A stretch of DNA of 60,586 bases, filler included, from Dugesia japonica (Eukaryota): the NCBI GenBank assembly GCA_001938525.1. It is 6 parts of 6 records of this genome, joined end to end, with 100 filler letters (N's around TTAATTAATTAA, not from the genome) between each part and the next. Parts side by side here need not be neighbours in the genome. Positions count along the whole stretch, not along the records: positions 39,588 to 50,081 come from MQRL01641892.1; positions 50,182 to 60,586 come from MQRL01633018.1; 4 more parts are not named here. One strand, written 5' to 3'. Below are positions 39,721 through 50,199 of this stretch, piece after piece. The notes beneath the pieces were generated by a model. The model searched no databases and had not been told where the DNA came from. It worked only from the letters and a program-made list of their open reading frames with translations. The first letter of the stretch is position 1, and every line of letters starts with the position of its first letter. A program made the position numbers and the translations under genes.

Positions 39721-39732
39721 ATATAAGAACAA

Positions 39733-40635
39733 ATGGATCCTTTAATAGAAGAAAATAACTATAAAATACACTACAGTGATAGTGTGACAAAAGACACTCC
39801 AATAATACTACGGAAAAATAATTAAGTTGTAATAAAAAAGATTTCAGAAATATCAACATCATATGAAAAAAATATTTGTGGTAGTAAATTTTAAGAAAAA
39901 CTACCAACAGAAAATAAAGTAGTAGAGGAAAAAATAAAGTAGTAGAAGAAATTAAACCAGAATTAGTAGATGAAGAAATTAAACCATTTGATATTAAAAG
40001 AATTAAATCAGGTGTAACTCTTGAAGAAGAAGAATTTAATGAAATGTTATTAAATAAAAATATAAAAACATATCATCTTAATAATATGGAAATTAATAAA
40101 GATGCAATAAAAGGAAAATTAATTCCTATAATGGGCGAAGATAGAAAATTTCAAACAATAGAGTATGAAGAAACTGGTGTGATTATATATTTATTTATAT
40201 TTTTATCAGAAATCATATTGTACAATTAATAGAAAAATTTATGATTATTCATATAAATTAAAGGATATAATTATATGAAATGTGAAAAAAATACAATCAA
40301 ATAAAGTTACGAAAAAATATATTGAAATATTTTTAAATGATATAACAAAACATGCAGAACCAAAATGTGAATATTAAAGTTTTTTAAAATCAAAATTAAT
40401 ACCCTGTAGAGCGCAAAGTTTACCTAGAGCTTTTAAAAAAGAAGGAAAAGGTATAAAGTCGCCGATAAGTTTATTTGAAAAGTTAACATTAATAATATCA
40501 GCAGCAAAATCTGGACATGATAATGTTGATGAAGAAATAAAGAGTGTTTGTAAAAAATTAAAAACTATTGGTTTAATATCTAACATGATTTATAAAAAAT
40601 ATAAAATAAAATATTTCTCATCTGCTCATGCATGA
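39733..40635 (+). pseudogene. Conserved Polinton/adintovirus hypothetical protein, frameshifted
   Basis: C-terminus GKGIKSPISLFEKLTLIISAAKSGHDNVDEEIKSVCKKLKTIGLI fits the Polinton pattern P..L..RL.L......AGN....EI..I...L...G.I. Confidence 0.6.
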
Positions 40636-40664
40636 TCAAATTATTTAAATTTTCTGTAGTAGAA

Positions 40665-41369
40665 ATGTCACATAAATTTTTAGTAGTTGGAAAAGAACAA
40701 GATTTAAAATTAGATTTAAAATTTCCTATAGAATTAGATTCAGAATATGTACTTGGATTGATATGCTTTACATGTTACAATATTATTTTTAACATTACAA
40801 ATGTAAATAATAAATTCAATATTACTAAAAGTTAAAATAAAACTAATGGAAGTAGTAATAATTTAAATTTAAAGATTGAACCTGGAGCTTATGAAATAAA
40901 AGAAATTTTAAGTAGATTAGAAAAATATGGAATAGAAATTGCGGCTGACACCTTTACAACAAAATGTAATATGAAAACAAAAAACTTATTAACTTTTGAT
41001 GATAAATCTTTTTTTCATAAAATGTTAAGTTTCACAGTAAATCCTTATATACCTGGAAATTATTATTCAGATAATAAAATTGACATTTCAAATATTAACA
41101 AGATAAATATTATTTGCAATATTCTTAAAGGTAATTATGTTAAAAGTAAAGAAACCCAACAAATAAATTTATTATATTCATTTCCAATTAATACAGTTCC
41201 TTTTGGATTTAAAATTATAGAAAGACCATCTGTCACAATTTATTCTAAAATTAATACAAAATATATTGACAGTTTAAAATTTAACATTGTAGATGAAAAC
41301 TTTAACACAATAGATTTTAACCAAGAGATGATATCAATTTTTGTACATTTAAGAAAATATCGTTTATAA
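40665..41369 (+). pseudogene. Minor capsid protein (penton, single jelly-roll) with one in-frame stop
   Basis: PIELDSEYVLGL..YN..FNIT..NNKF, IEPGAYEI, INIICNI, LLYSF...VPFGFKIIERP...Y, IVDEN...IDFNQE.ISI.VHLR. ORFs 40632 and 40971 share a frame and are split by TAA at 40833. Confidence 0.85.
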
Positions 41370-41409
41370 TTTTATGGGTCCCTTTGGGTTTTCCAAGGCA
41401 TGCATGCCT

Positions 41410-41758
41410 CGATAATTTTACACTTACCACTTTAAATTTTTTAAAAATATTTGGAATTAACACAACAACAAATTTTGATTTATATTCAATTGCTGACTTT
41501 TTAGATTTACCCTTGGAGATTTATATGAAAAATGAACTACCTAAAATCTTAAACAATAGCACCCCGACAGGTAATTTAAAAATTAATTATCAAAATACAA
41601 ATCAAAAAGGAACACATTGAACAGCTTACACAAATCATCAATACTTTGATTCTTTTGGTTTAAAACCTTTTGATGAACTTGAAAAATTAGTCACGAAATA
41701 TAATAAAATTCAAGTGCAACATTTTGGTTTAAAAATTTGTGGTGTATTTTTTATATAA
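41410..41758 (+). pseudogene. Adenain-like cysteine maturation protease
   Basis: INYQNTNQKGTH*TAY...YFDSFG...IQVQHFGLKICG: catalytic H, D, Q and C are present, and the Trp of GTHW is replaced by TGA (41618-41620). Confidence 0.85.
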
Positions 41759-41838
41759 AATTCAATATGTTGACTTCGATGAAATAATTTCAGAAATGAA
41801 AACAATTTATAAAAAATTATATTAATAAAAAGGTAGTT

Positions 41839-43764
41839 ATGAATAAGTTTGGTGAAAGTTTATTTGGTGTAAATAATTCATAATTAATTAAANNNNNNNN
41901 NNNNNNNNNNNNAATATCAAATGCAGAAAATGAAAATAAATATGTAAATGAAACAGGTGACACAATTACATGTTTAAAAATAACAGATGACCCTAAACAT
42001 TTAACAAATGCAGTTAATTTAAAATAAATTCAACTACTAGAAGAAAAAGTAGTAAGTCATGAATTAATTTTCACAAAAGTTTTAAAAATTGATAAATCCA
42101 CAATTAATTAAATTTATTTACAATTTAAAGCTGATGAATTAAATAAATTAAATAATATAGATTTCTCTAAAGAACTTAGTAGTATTAATGATAAAATTAA
42201 AAATCTAACTAAAAACTGTAATCAGGAAACATTTGATAAAATAGGTTCTGAAATTAAAAGAATAAAACTAGAAGTTTTCCCATTTAAAAGAAGTGATTTA
42301 TTGTATAGATTAAAAAAATAAGTGAAGAGGATGTAAATATTAAAATTAAAAAAGAAATTGTTATATTAACTAAGAAAGCTAATAAATTACTTACTGATTT
42401 AGATAAGAAAACTTTTGACCATTATTCATATCTTATTGATGTAATTAAATTAAATAAAGAATCTTTTAAATATGAAATTTCTGAAATACTTAAAGACATT
42501 AAAATAATAAAATCAAGATTACATAAAATTTTTGATAATAGAATTAATATTTTATTTAAAACTTATAAAGAAGCCTTTTCTGAACCAACACTTAAAACTT
42601 TAAGAGGGTTAATTGTTAATTACTTACTTTATGTTTTTAGGTCTACTGATGAAATAATATTTTCAATTATCTGTTATGAAAAACATGAAACTTTCCCACA
42701 ATTTTCTGTTATGGATAACTATGTACATAATTTAGATTTTATAAGAAAGGGGGAAATAAAAATTATAAAAAAATACAATATTTCTATCTTGAAGATCCTT
42801 TTAGCATTTACTTACATACAAATATTAATGAAAAACTTTTTATAAATATAGAGGGGTATTGTGAAATTGAAAACTTTAATTATATTATTAGAACTAATAA
42901 TATTGCAAAAACATTTACATATGATAATTGTGATGGTAGTACTAAAGAAAGTGGTAAAGAAGGTAATATAAAAATTTACCAAGAAAGCAGTGAAATTAAT
43001 AAAGATACTACTAAAGAAAGTGGTAAAGGTAGTATTATAAACTATATTGTAATAATGTTACCAAAAGGAATTTATTTATATTAATTTAGTGTTAAATTGT
43101 TAAAATTAAAAATTCATTAAGAATTATTTAATGAACATGAAAGAATAAGACCACAACTCCACATCAATTTTAGAAAAGAAATTGTTTCTTTATTAAAAAA
43201 ATATAAAGAAAATGGTTCTGAAGTAACTCTTAAAAGTTTAAGACACTTAATTTATAATTACTTACCTATTATTATTTTTAATATTTTAGATAAACATGCA
43301 ATATTTTTAATTTACACTCCTAATCCTAACTCCCATGTCAAGGGGATTTACCAGGTTTTTATTTTAAAACTTTATAATCTCCACTTTATGATATAGATTT
43401 TTTAAGAAAAGGTAAAATGATAAGGATTGGAGATATATTTTATTATCGTCTCGATGAACCATTTACTATTAATTTATCAGTAATTATTAATGTTAGAATT
43501 TATTTTCGGATTATAGGTTATTCTAAAATTAAAAGTCTTAATTACATCAATAAAATTAATCATTTTGCAGTATCATTTTTATGTATCATACCTAAAGGTG
43601 ATTTATTTGATATTAAAGTAGTAAGCACTAGAGTTAATAAATATAAGAAAATAAAATCTATTATAATAATTTTACTAAAAGGTATTTATATTCATCAAAT
43701 TTGTTTTGGAATATGTGAATACTCTGAATTGCTCATTGATTATACAGAAAAAATTGAAAAATAA
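41839..43764 (+). pseudogene. Fibre-like gene region with coiled coil and an internally duplicated distal domain
   Basis: Starts MNKFGE. KYVNETGDTI...DPKHLTNAVNLK resembles the YV...GDTM...P....DA.NK fibre repeat. Multiple stops and frameshifts. Confidence 0.5.
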
Positions 43765-43905
43765 AAAGTAACTACTAAAATATTAAAAAGTAACTACTAA
43801 AATATTAAAAAGTACTACAGTTAATATTAAAAAATGGTATGTAAAATCTAAAATATTAAATTTGTTGTAACTACTTTAAAAACAATTAAATTTAATGTAG
43901 TAAAA

Positions 43906-44667
43906 ATGGAGGACTACCAAGAGAATAAAAACTACAAAAATAATGAAAGTATTTATCTAAGTTTAGACGACTACCGAGGAGAAATTGAAAGAAGTAGTAC
44001 TATAGTAGATTTAAAAAATAAACTTGCATTATCTAGAATAAAATATTTTGAAAATGTTCTTTACTTTATAAAAGATAAAATAAAACATTTTAAAAAAATA
44101 CATAGAAGATGGGAAAGGATAGATTCAATAATAAAATTTACACAAATAATTGTTAGTGCAGGTATTGGAATTGGAGGTATAATTTTGATTGCACCAATTG
44201 GCATTGCACTTTCCCCCGTTGGTATACCAATTTTGACAGCTGCAATTTCCGTGTTGCCTATAATTGGTACATTAAATTCATCATTAATAAAATCAAGAAA
44301 GGAAAGATATGAAAAGTTAATTAAGAAACTTGAGGCTGTTAAAAATAAATTATTTCTATTTCAACAGAAAGCTGTCAATGATGAAATTTTAACTGATGAT
44401 GAATTGGCAATAAGTAAAAATATGGTAAATGAAGTCCATGAACTAATATCTTCTAATAAAGTTGAAAAGGATAAATCTAATGATGTTAGTTTAAAAATGT
44501 TAGTAGAAAATCAAACCANNNNNNNNNNNNNNNNNNNNNNNNNNNNNNNNNNNNNNNNNNNNNNNNNNNNNNNNNNNNNNNNNNNNNNNNNNNNNNNNNN
44601 NNNNNNNNNNNNNNNNNNAAATATTAAAAGTACTACAGAAAATATTAAAAGTAGTAATCTAAAGTAG
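43906..44667 (+). CDS. Polinton-type two-TM membrane protein
   Basis: Basic helix, Gly-rich hydrophobic hairpin (IIVSAGIGIGGIILIAPIGIALSPVGIPILTAAISVLPIIG), then KAVNDEILTDDE, similar to the KAL.D..I...E tail of a common Polinton membrane protein. Confidence 0.7.
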   Translation: MEDYQENKNYKNNESIYLSLDDYRGEIERSSTIVDLKNKLALSRIKYFENVLYFIKDKIKHFKKIHRRWERIDSIIKFTQIIVSAGIGIGGIILIAPIGIALSPVGIPILTAAISVLPIIGTLNSSLIKSRKERYEKLIKKLEAVKNKLFLFQQKAVNDEILTDDELAISKNMVNEVHELISSNKVEKDKSNDVSLKMLVENQTXXXXXXXXXXXXXXXXXXXXXXXXXXXXXXXXXXNIKSTTENIKSSNLK

Positions 44668-44761
44668 TAACATGTTCTCATGAAAACAGTTACTATGATT
44701 AGATTACTACTATAGAAAAAAGAAAAGAAAAAGTAGTACTATAGAAAAAAGTAGTTATAAA

Positions 44762-45034
44762 ATGATAATTATTGGAAGTGAATGTGATGGCAAAAAAGAA
44801 AAAATTAATAAAACAAAATTAGTTGAGAAAATTAGAAAATTATTTAAAACAAAAGAAGAAGAGGGTGAATTTCTACATATTTTATTGGATAGTCCAAATT
44901 CTTGTGGTGATGCAATATACTATAAAATGACAACTAAAGATCATTTGTTATTTTATATAAAAATGGGAAATCAAAATAAAAGTCATGGAAAAAAAATGAA
45001 AATGTATAAGAGAAAAAAAATAGAATTTATTTAA
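44762..45034 (+). CDS. Viral hypothetical protein
   Basis: ATG ORF within the element, preceded by the GTAGT motif. Confidence 0.45.
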   Translation: MIIIGSECDGKKEKINKTKLVEKIRKLFKTKEEEGEFLHILLDSPNSCGDAIYYKMTTKDHLLFYIKMGNQNKSHGKKMKMYKRKKIEFI

Positions 45035-45110
45035 AAAGTTCATGGGGAAAAATATTATAAAGATAATGTAATGTTTATAAATTATCTAAATCTTAGTAAG
45101 TAATACAGAA

Positions 45111-45551
45111 ATGGAAATATTTAAAGATAAATTTTTAAAATTTTTTGAAACCACTTCACATAATAATCAAATTGTTGGGTTATCAGAGACTGTTGATTTA
45201 ATTAATTCTTTTGAAAATGAAAGTTTAGAGAATTTAAGTGTTAATATAAAAAATTGGTATAATATTTTAAATATAGGAAGAAAAATTACTTTAATTTCTT
45301 ATTCACAATTAGGGGCTTTATTTAAAGCAATAAAATCAAAAATTAATAATAATAAAGAAATTGAAAAATATTTAGAAAGTATTGGAATTCTTTTTAAAAT
45401 TAATTATGTAAATAAATTAATTAAATTTAATGGGTTGGTTGAAATGTATCCAGAAATTGAAAACACTAATTTTTCACTTCGTACAATCCAAGAACATTTC
45501 CAAAAAATAAAAGAAATACTTCATGAAAAAAATATTCAACAGTTAATATAA
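45111..45551 (+). CDS. Viral helical protein, paralog A
   Basis: Shares NIKxWYN.LNI...I.LISY..LG...K.IK.K.N.N.E.E..L..IGI.FKINYVNK.IKF with 46309-46665. Confidence 0.7.
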   Translation: MEIFKDKFLKFFETTSHNNQIVGLSETVDLINSFENESLENLSVNIKNWYNILNIGRKITLISYSQLGALFKAIKSKINNNKEIEKYLESIGILFKINYVNKLIKFNGLVEMYPEIENTNFSLRTIQEHFQKIKEILHEKNIQQLI

Positions 45552-46308
45552 AACTACTACAGAAAAATTTAAAGTTGTACAGAAAAAATGTAAACGGTTA
45601 AATGTAAAGTGTTAAATTAAAAGTAGTAAATGTAAAGTTGTTAGTCTGGTAGCATGCTACCAGACATATTAAATTATTACTATAGAAAAAAGAAAAGAAA
45701 ATGGATGATAAACTTATAAAAGATTTAAGTGTTGTAATGAATGTGTATATAAAATTAAATATTATTTACAAACTTCTGAAAAAACAACTACTACAGAAAG
45801 AAATAAAGAAAGTTGTACAGAAAATATTAAAAGTAGTAGAGAAAGAGGTTATGGTTTTGAAAGTGGTAATTGGGTTGAATTCAATAGATTAAAAGAAAGT
45901 TGTTGGAATGAAATACCTTATGAACTACTTAAAAATAAAAAACCTAATACTAAACAAGTTAAAAAAGAATTTGAATATATTGATGCACCACCCGATTATG
46001 TTCCATTAAATACTCATTTTGAAATTACTACAGAAGGTAGTGATGGTGAAAATACTACTACAGAAGAAATAAAAAGTAGTACACAAGAAATGGAAAATAT
46101 TACACAAGAAAATACTACACGATAAATGGAAAGTAGTACATAAGAAAATACTATAGAAGAAAATAATGGTCTTGAAAGTACTACAGAAGAAAATAATGGT
46201 CTTGAAAATGGTACACAAGAAAGTGATGATGAATTTTTTGAAGAATTTTTAAAATCACTTAAAAATGAAATAATCATTCCTCAATCATTTAATTTAACAA
46301 ATGTAATA

Positions 46309-46665
46309 ATGAGTCCAGAGAATTCATTAAAATATAGAGAAGAAACTGTAGAAAATATAAATGATAATATTAAATACTGGTATAATAATTTAAATATTGA
46401 AAAACGAATTAATTTAATAAGTTATTACCTATTAGGTTTTTTCTTAAAAATGATAAAAACAAAATTTAATACTAATCGTGAAGTAGAAGAACATTTACAT
46501 AAAATTGGAATAAACTTTAAAATTAATTATGTAAATAAAATAATAAAATTTTATCGGTTTGCTAAGAAATATATAGATATTTTAAGATCAGATTGGTCAT
46601 TTAGAAGAATTGAAAAAAACTTTAATAAAATTAAAATATTTTTTCGAGAAAATAGATTCAACTAA
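46309..46665 (+). CDS. Viral helical protein, paralog B (probably the C-terminus of a longer frameshifted gene from 45701)
   Basis: Clear protein similarity to 45111-45551; the open frame extends upstream through an acidic EENNGLE repeat. Confidence 0.7.
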   Translation: MSPENSLKYREETVENINDNIKYWYNNLNIEKRINLISYYLLGFFLKMIKTKFNTNREVEEHLHKIGINFKINYVNKIIKFYRFAKKYIDILRSDWSFRRIEKNFNKIKIFFRENRFN

Positions 46666-46736
46666 TTCTACTACAGAAAAATTAAAAAAGTAGTACACTA
46701 AATTTAAAAGTACTAAAGAAAAAATATTTAAAAGTA

Positions 46737-47470
46737 TTAAAATAAGTCGTCTAACATTTCATCAGTTTCCTTATTCAAATAAAAATAGTTGTATTTGGTC
46801 TTCCAATGATAATTGACCTCATAATCATATTCTGATTTGTTAGTGAAAATATTAGAAAACAATTCATCATACACATTATCTCTATCTGTTTTATTTAATT
46901 TAAAAAAGATGTAACAATTTGAATTGCTACGTATAGAATTTTTATCTAAATCATAATATGTTTGTGAAATATAAATTACATTACAATTTGAATGTCTCTC
47001 GCGGGTGAAATAATTTTTTTGTATCTCTTGATTTTTCTCATAAACAACATCATCAAATATTATTAAATTTTTCTTTTCTTTTGAAAGTCTATCACATGAA
47101 ATTATTTCATTAGGTTTATTACTTAATGTTACAATTATAGATCTTGGTTTTTTAATTACTAATTTTTTATCCAAATAGAATGATAAAACTTGATATGGTG
47201 TAATACAATTATTTGAATTTCAAATTTTAATTTCTTGTTTAGTTAAACCATTTTCAAAACCAATGTAAAGTAATTGAATTTCAAATTGATTGATTGTTGT
47301 CGAATAAAAAAATTAAAACATCATAATCTAAAAATTTAGGTGTCAGTAACATTTTCATTAATAAAACATTTTTCCAACAACCTGATGAACCTATCATAAA
47401 GTCTAAAATTATTTGGTAATACTTTATTATTAAATGTTGTTATATTTTTATTCCAGATGTAAGATGTCAT
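46737..47470 (-). pseudogene. A32/FtsK-like genome-packaging ATPase
   Basis: Walker A remnant MIGSSGCWK (~47370-47397), Walker B LIIFDDVV, YFTRERHSNCNVIYISQTYYDL and IRSN. Frameshifted 5' part with ATG at 47470. Confidence 0.9.
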
Positions 47471-47509
47471 TTACTACAGAAAAAAAATAAAATGTTGTAA
47501 CTACTTATT

Positions 47510-47767
47510 TTACTTTTTTATTTTTTCTGTACCACTCTTCATTTTTTTCTGTAGTACTTTTTTATTTTTTCTTTTCTGTAGTGGTTTTATAATTGGTTCA
47601 TCATCAATGTCTTCTTTAAGATGTTTTATTCTTAATATGGATCTATATTCTCTTATATTTTTTACAAAAATTTTAAAATAATCCATTTGAGATTCTTCAG
47701 ATTTTAAATTTTCTAAATCTTCACAACCTTCTATAATTTTATCTAATTCTTTTAAAAGTTTATCCAT
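47510..47767 (-). CDS. Small charged viral hypothetical protein
   Basis: ATG ORF between PLA2X and the ATPase. Confidence 0.45.
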   Translation of the reverse strand: MDKLLKELDKIIEGCEDLENLKSEESQMDYFKIFVKNIREYRSILRIKHLKEDIDDEPIIKPLQKRKNKKVLQKKMKSGTEKIKK

Positions 47768-47863
47768 TTTAATATTTTATATTTTAATCACAACCATCTT
47801 TTTTTATTAAATCACTTTTCTGTAATTCATTTGAGTAGAATCTTCCCAACATTTTATTGCCGT

Positions 47864-48430
47864 TTAGATTTGAGATTTCAAATGTAAAAGGTTTTCTACC
47901 AACATTTTCATTTTTAGATTTATTATGTATTTGTATTGTACTTTTTGAAATGGATCTTTTTGTGTACCACCTTTTCCTATAACTACCTTTGCTTTCATTG
48001 CTAATTTTACCAATGCTCTTTGTAATTTTTCTGAAGTAGTTGGATTTGGAATATTATTTAAATCATGTATTAAATTTACATCTGCAATTTGTCGATCTCT
48101 AATATTTTCTGAATTTTCAAGGGTTTTAATTCGTTCTTCACCTGGATTTGGAATATTATTTTCATCAAGACGGATATCTAATCGTGTTCCAGGTCCAGTG
48201 TAATTGTGTTTGAATAAATGTCTTTCACCTGGATATTTTACCCATGTAAAAGGTTTTAAAATTGCAGATGTAACTTTAGAAGATTGGAGATCTCCTCCTT
48301 TTATATTACTACTCTGTTTTATATTACTACTATTCTGTTTTATATTATTAGTGCATAAATCTAAATGTCTTGATTTATTTTTCTTTAAAATTATTTTACC
48401 ACAATTGTCACATATAAATTTTGGTGTCAT
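47864..48430 (-). CDS. Zn-finger plus parvovirus VP1u-like phospholipase A2 (PLA2X), catalytic helix apparently deleted
   Basis: N-terminal CDNCGK....K.RH...C. KYPGERHLFKHNYTGPGTRLDIRL holds the YxGPG Ca loop and R..AD follows, but the expected D.AA..HD..Y segment is missing between them. Confidence 0.8.
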   Translation of the reverse strand: MTPKFICDNCGKIILKKNKSRHLDLCTNNIKQNSSNIKQSSNIKGGDLQSSKVTSAILKPFTWVKYPGERHLFKHNYTGPGTRLDIRLDENNIPNPGEERIKTLENSENIRDRQIADVNLIHDLNNIPNPTTSEKLQRALVKLAMKAKVVIGKGGTQKDPFQKVQYKYIINLKMKMLVENLLHLKSQI

Positions 48431-48824
48431 TTATTAAATTTAATACTTAAAATACTAATTTTTAATATTTTCTGTAGTACTTTTCATTTTTTCTGTAGTA
48501 CTTTTTATTTTTTCTGTAGTAAATCTGCTCATGCATGAGTAATATTTTATTTTTTTATATTAGGGATAAAACAAGTTTGCTTCGCAAGCACATTTTTAAT
48601 TAACATCTATTCCTCTTACATTTTCTATCATAATAATTTTACTATTTGCTAATTTCATTTCTAGATGTTTTTCTTCAATAATACACCAATAAATAGTTCC
48701 TTTTCACTCGAAATTTTACACTCAACATTTTAAATTTTTCATTTTTCACTCAAAATTTTACACTCGACATTTTACATTTTTCATAAAAAATAATGAAGGG
48801 AAGGGTATCCCCCTGGCTGCAAAC

Positions 48825-49350
48825 AGTATATCTATATATTTGTTGCATTGTCATTTTTGTTGAATGAATATATTTTATGCTTAACTTTATTTCCAAGTCT
48901 AATAGGGCTACCCCACGAATTCTGAATTCGTGTATTTCAACACTCTAGAATTTCGATATAGGAGGAAATATTAAAGAATTTATTAAAGAAGCAAATATAT
49001 TTTTTAAAATTTCTATAACTTCGAATCAGTTTTTAAAAAGGTAATTATACAAGTATTTATGATAACAGATGCAGTCAAATTATATAAAGCAGTGGATTCA
49101 AAGATTAAATATTTTAAAACATGATTTAGAGAAGCATTTTCTAAACATGCATATCTTGGTAAGTATTTGATTATTGCCTTGAAATATTGAAGACTTAATG
49201 AATCTTCAATTTCATATTTCTCAAATATTGATAAATTAGCAGATAATATTCTGCGTCATCAGTTAACGAAGGAAAAACTAGTCAAATTCATTTTACAAAA
49301 TTCAATGGATGATAAAGACATTTAAAATGCGAGACATAAAAGATGTTATA
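48825..49350 (+). mobile_element. Gypsy LTR-end plus gag remnant, same family as 50200-51445
   Basis: Shares TATATTTTATGCTTAA, GATA.AGGAGG.AATATT.AAGAATTTATT and TTAGCAGATAATATTCTGCGTCA.CAGTTAAC.AAGGAAAAACT with the minus-strand copy. Confidence 0.8.
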
Positions 49351-50081
49351 TTTGGAAGAAAACTGCTGCATAACTTAGCTGAATTAATACAAAGATCAGT
49401 TTATCTAAATTAATATTATTACAAATAAATAAGATACATAGACAATGTAAAATTTTAAATTATTTACAAACCGTAATATTCAAAGCATTGATAAGCGAAT
49501 AGTAATATTCGGTTACCGCATTGAAAACATATTTTTCCCAAGTCATTTCCGGGTATCCGGTAATGATATTCAGATATCTTTGCTACTTTAGAATTAAGGG
49601 AACTCATTTTTATATTACTAATTAGATCTTTAGTGATGATTTCATCTGGATAAATATCGCAAGTCACATCAAGAGGTTTATTTTTTTCATAAATCTTCGA
49701 ATAGTCTGGATTGATTGATATTATTATTATAGCGTCTAAATAAAGGAATAAATACTAAAAAATATAATGAAATTTTATATCGCTTAATTAGCTCTTTTCA
49801 TCCCAATGGGTTTATATGGGCCCATCGAATTCTTTTTATATTTATACTCCACATGGAACCATTGCTGTTTAATAAATTCATTATGTTGCTAGATGGCATA
49901 TTTAACATGATTTCATGCAATTTATGGCATTCACTAACGTTAGAAATAAATCGATGTGTTCTATGAGTGAGTTAACTGCTTTTTGTTTTGCAATAATTTG
50001 TTCTAAAAAGAATTTTGTTACAAATAATTGTTTTTTACAATCAAATAATCAAAAAAGTTTTATTAATTTATGGCGATCATT

Positions 50082-50181
50082 NNNNNNNNNNNNNNNNNNN
50101 NNNNNNNNNNNNNNNNNNNNNNNNNTTAATTAATTAANNNNNNNNNNNNNNNNNNNNNNNNNNNNNNNNNNNNNNNNNNNN
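50082..50181. other. Artificial contig-joining spacer
   Basis: N44-TTAATTAATTAA-N44. Confidence 0.97.
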
Positions 50182-50199
50182 AGCTTTGGCATTTCCCGA

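Larger units (their letters stand above)
39733..48800. mobile_element. Endogenous Polinton/adintovirus-like virus, virion-morphogenesis module, decaying
   Basis: Dense intronless genes in two converging blocks: penton, adenain protease, fibre-like, TM protein and orphans on +; PLA2X and packaging ATPase on -. Short tandem repeats at 48700-48785. No pPolB, integrase, MCP or TIR seen in this contig. Confidence 0.9.

Noticed and set aside
41618-41620. TGA=Trp recoding in the viral protease
   Set aside because: Other viral genes use TGG for Trp and are broken by TAA stops and frameshifts, so a TGG-to-TGA mutation is simpler.
49464-49740. Possible globin-like exon (KISEYHYRIPG)
   Set aside because: Too little motif support and no convincing exon structure.
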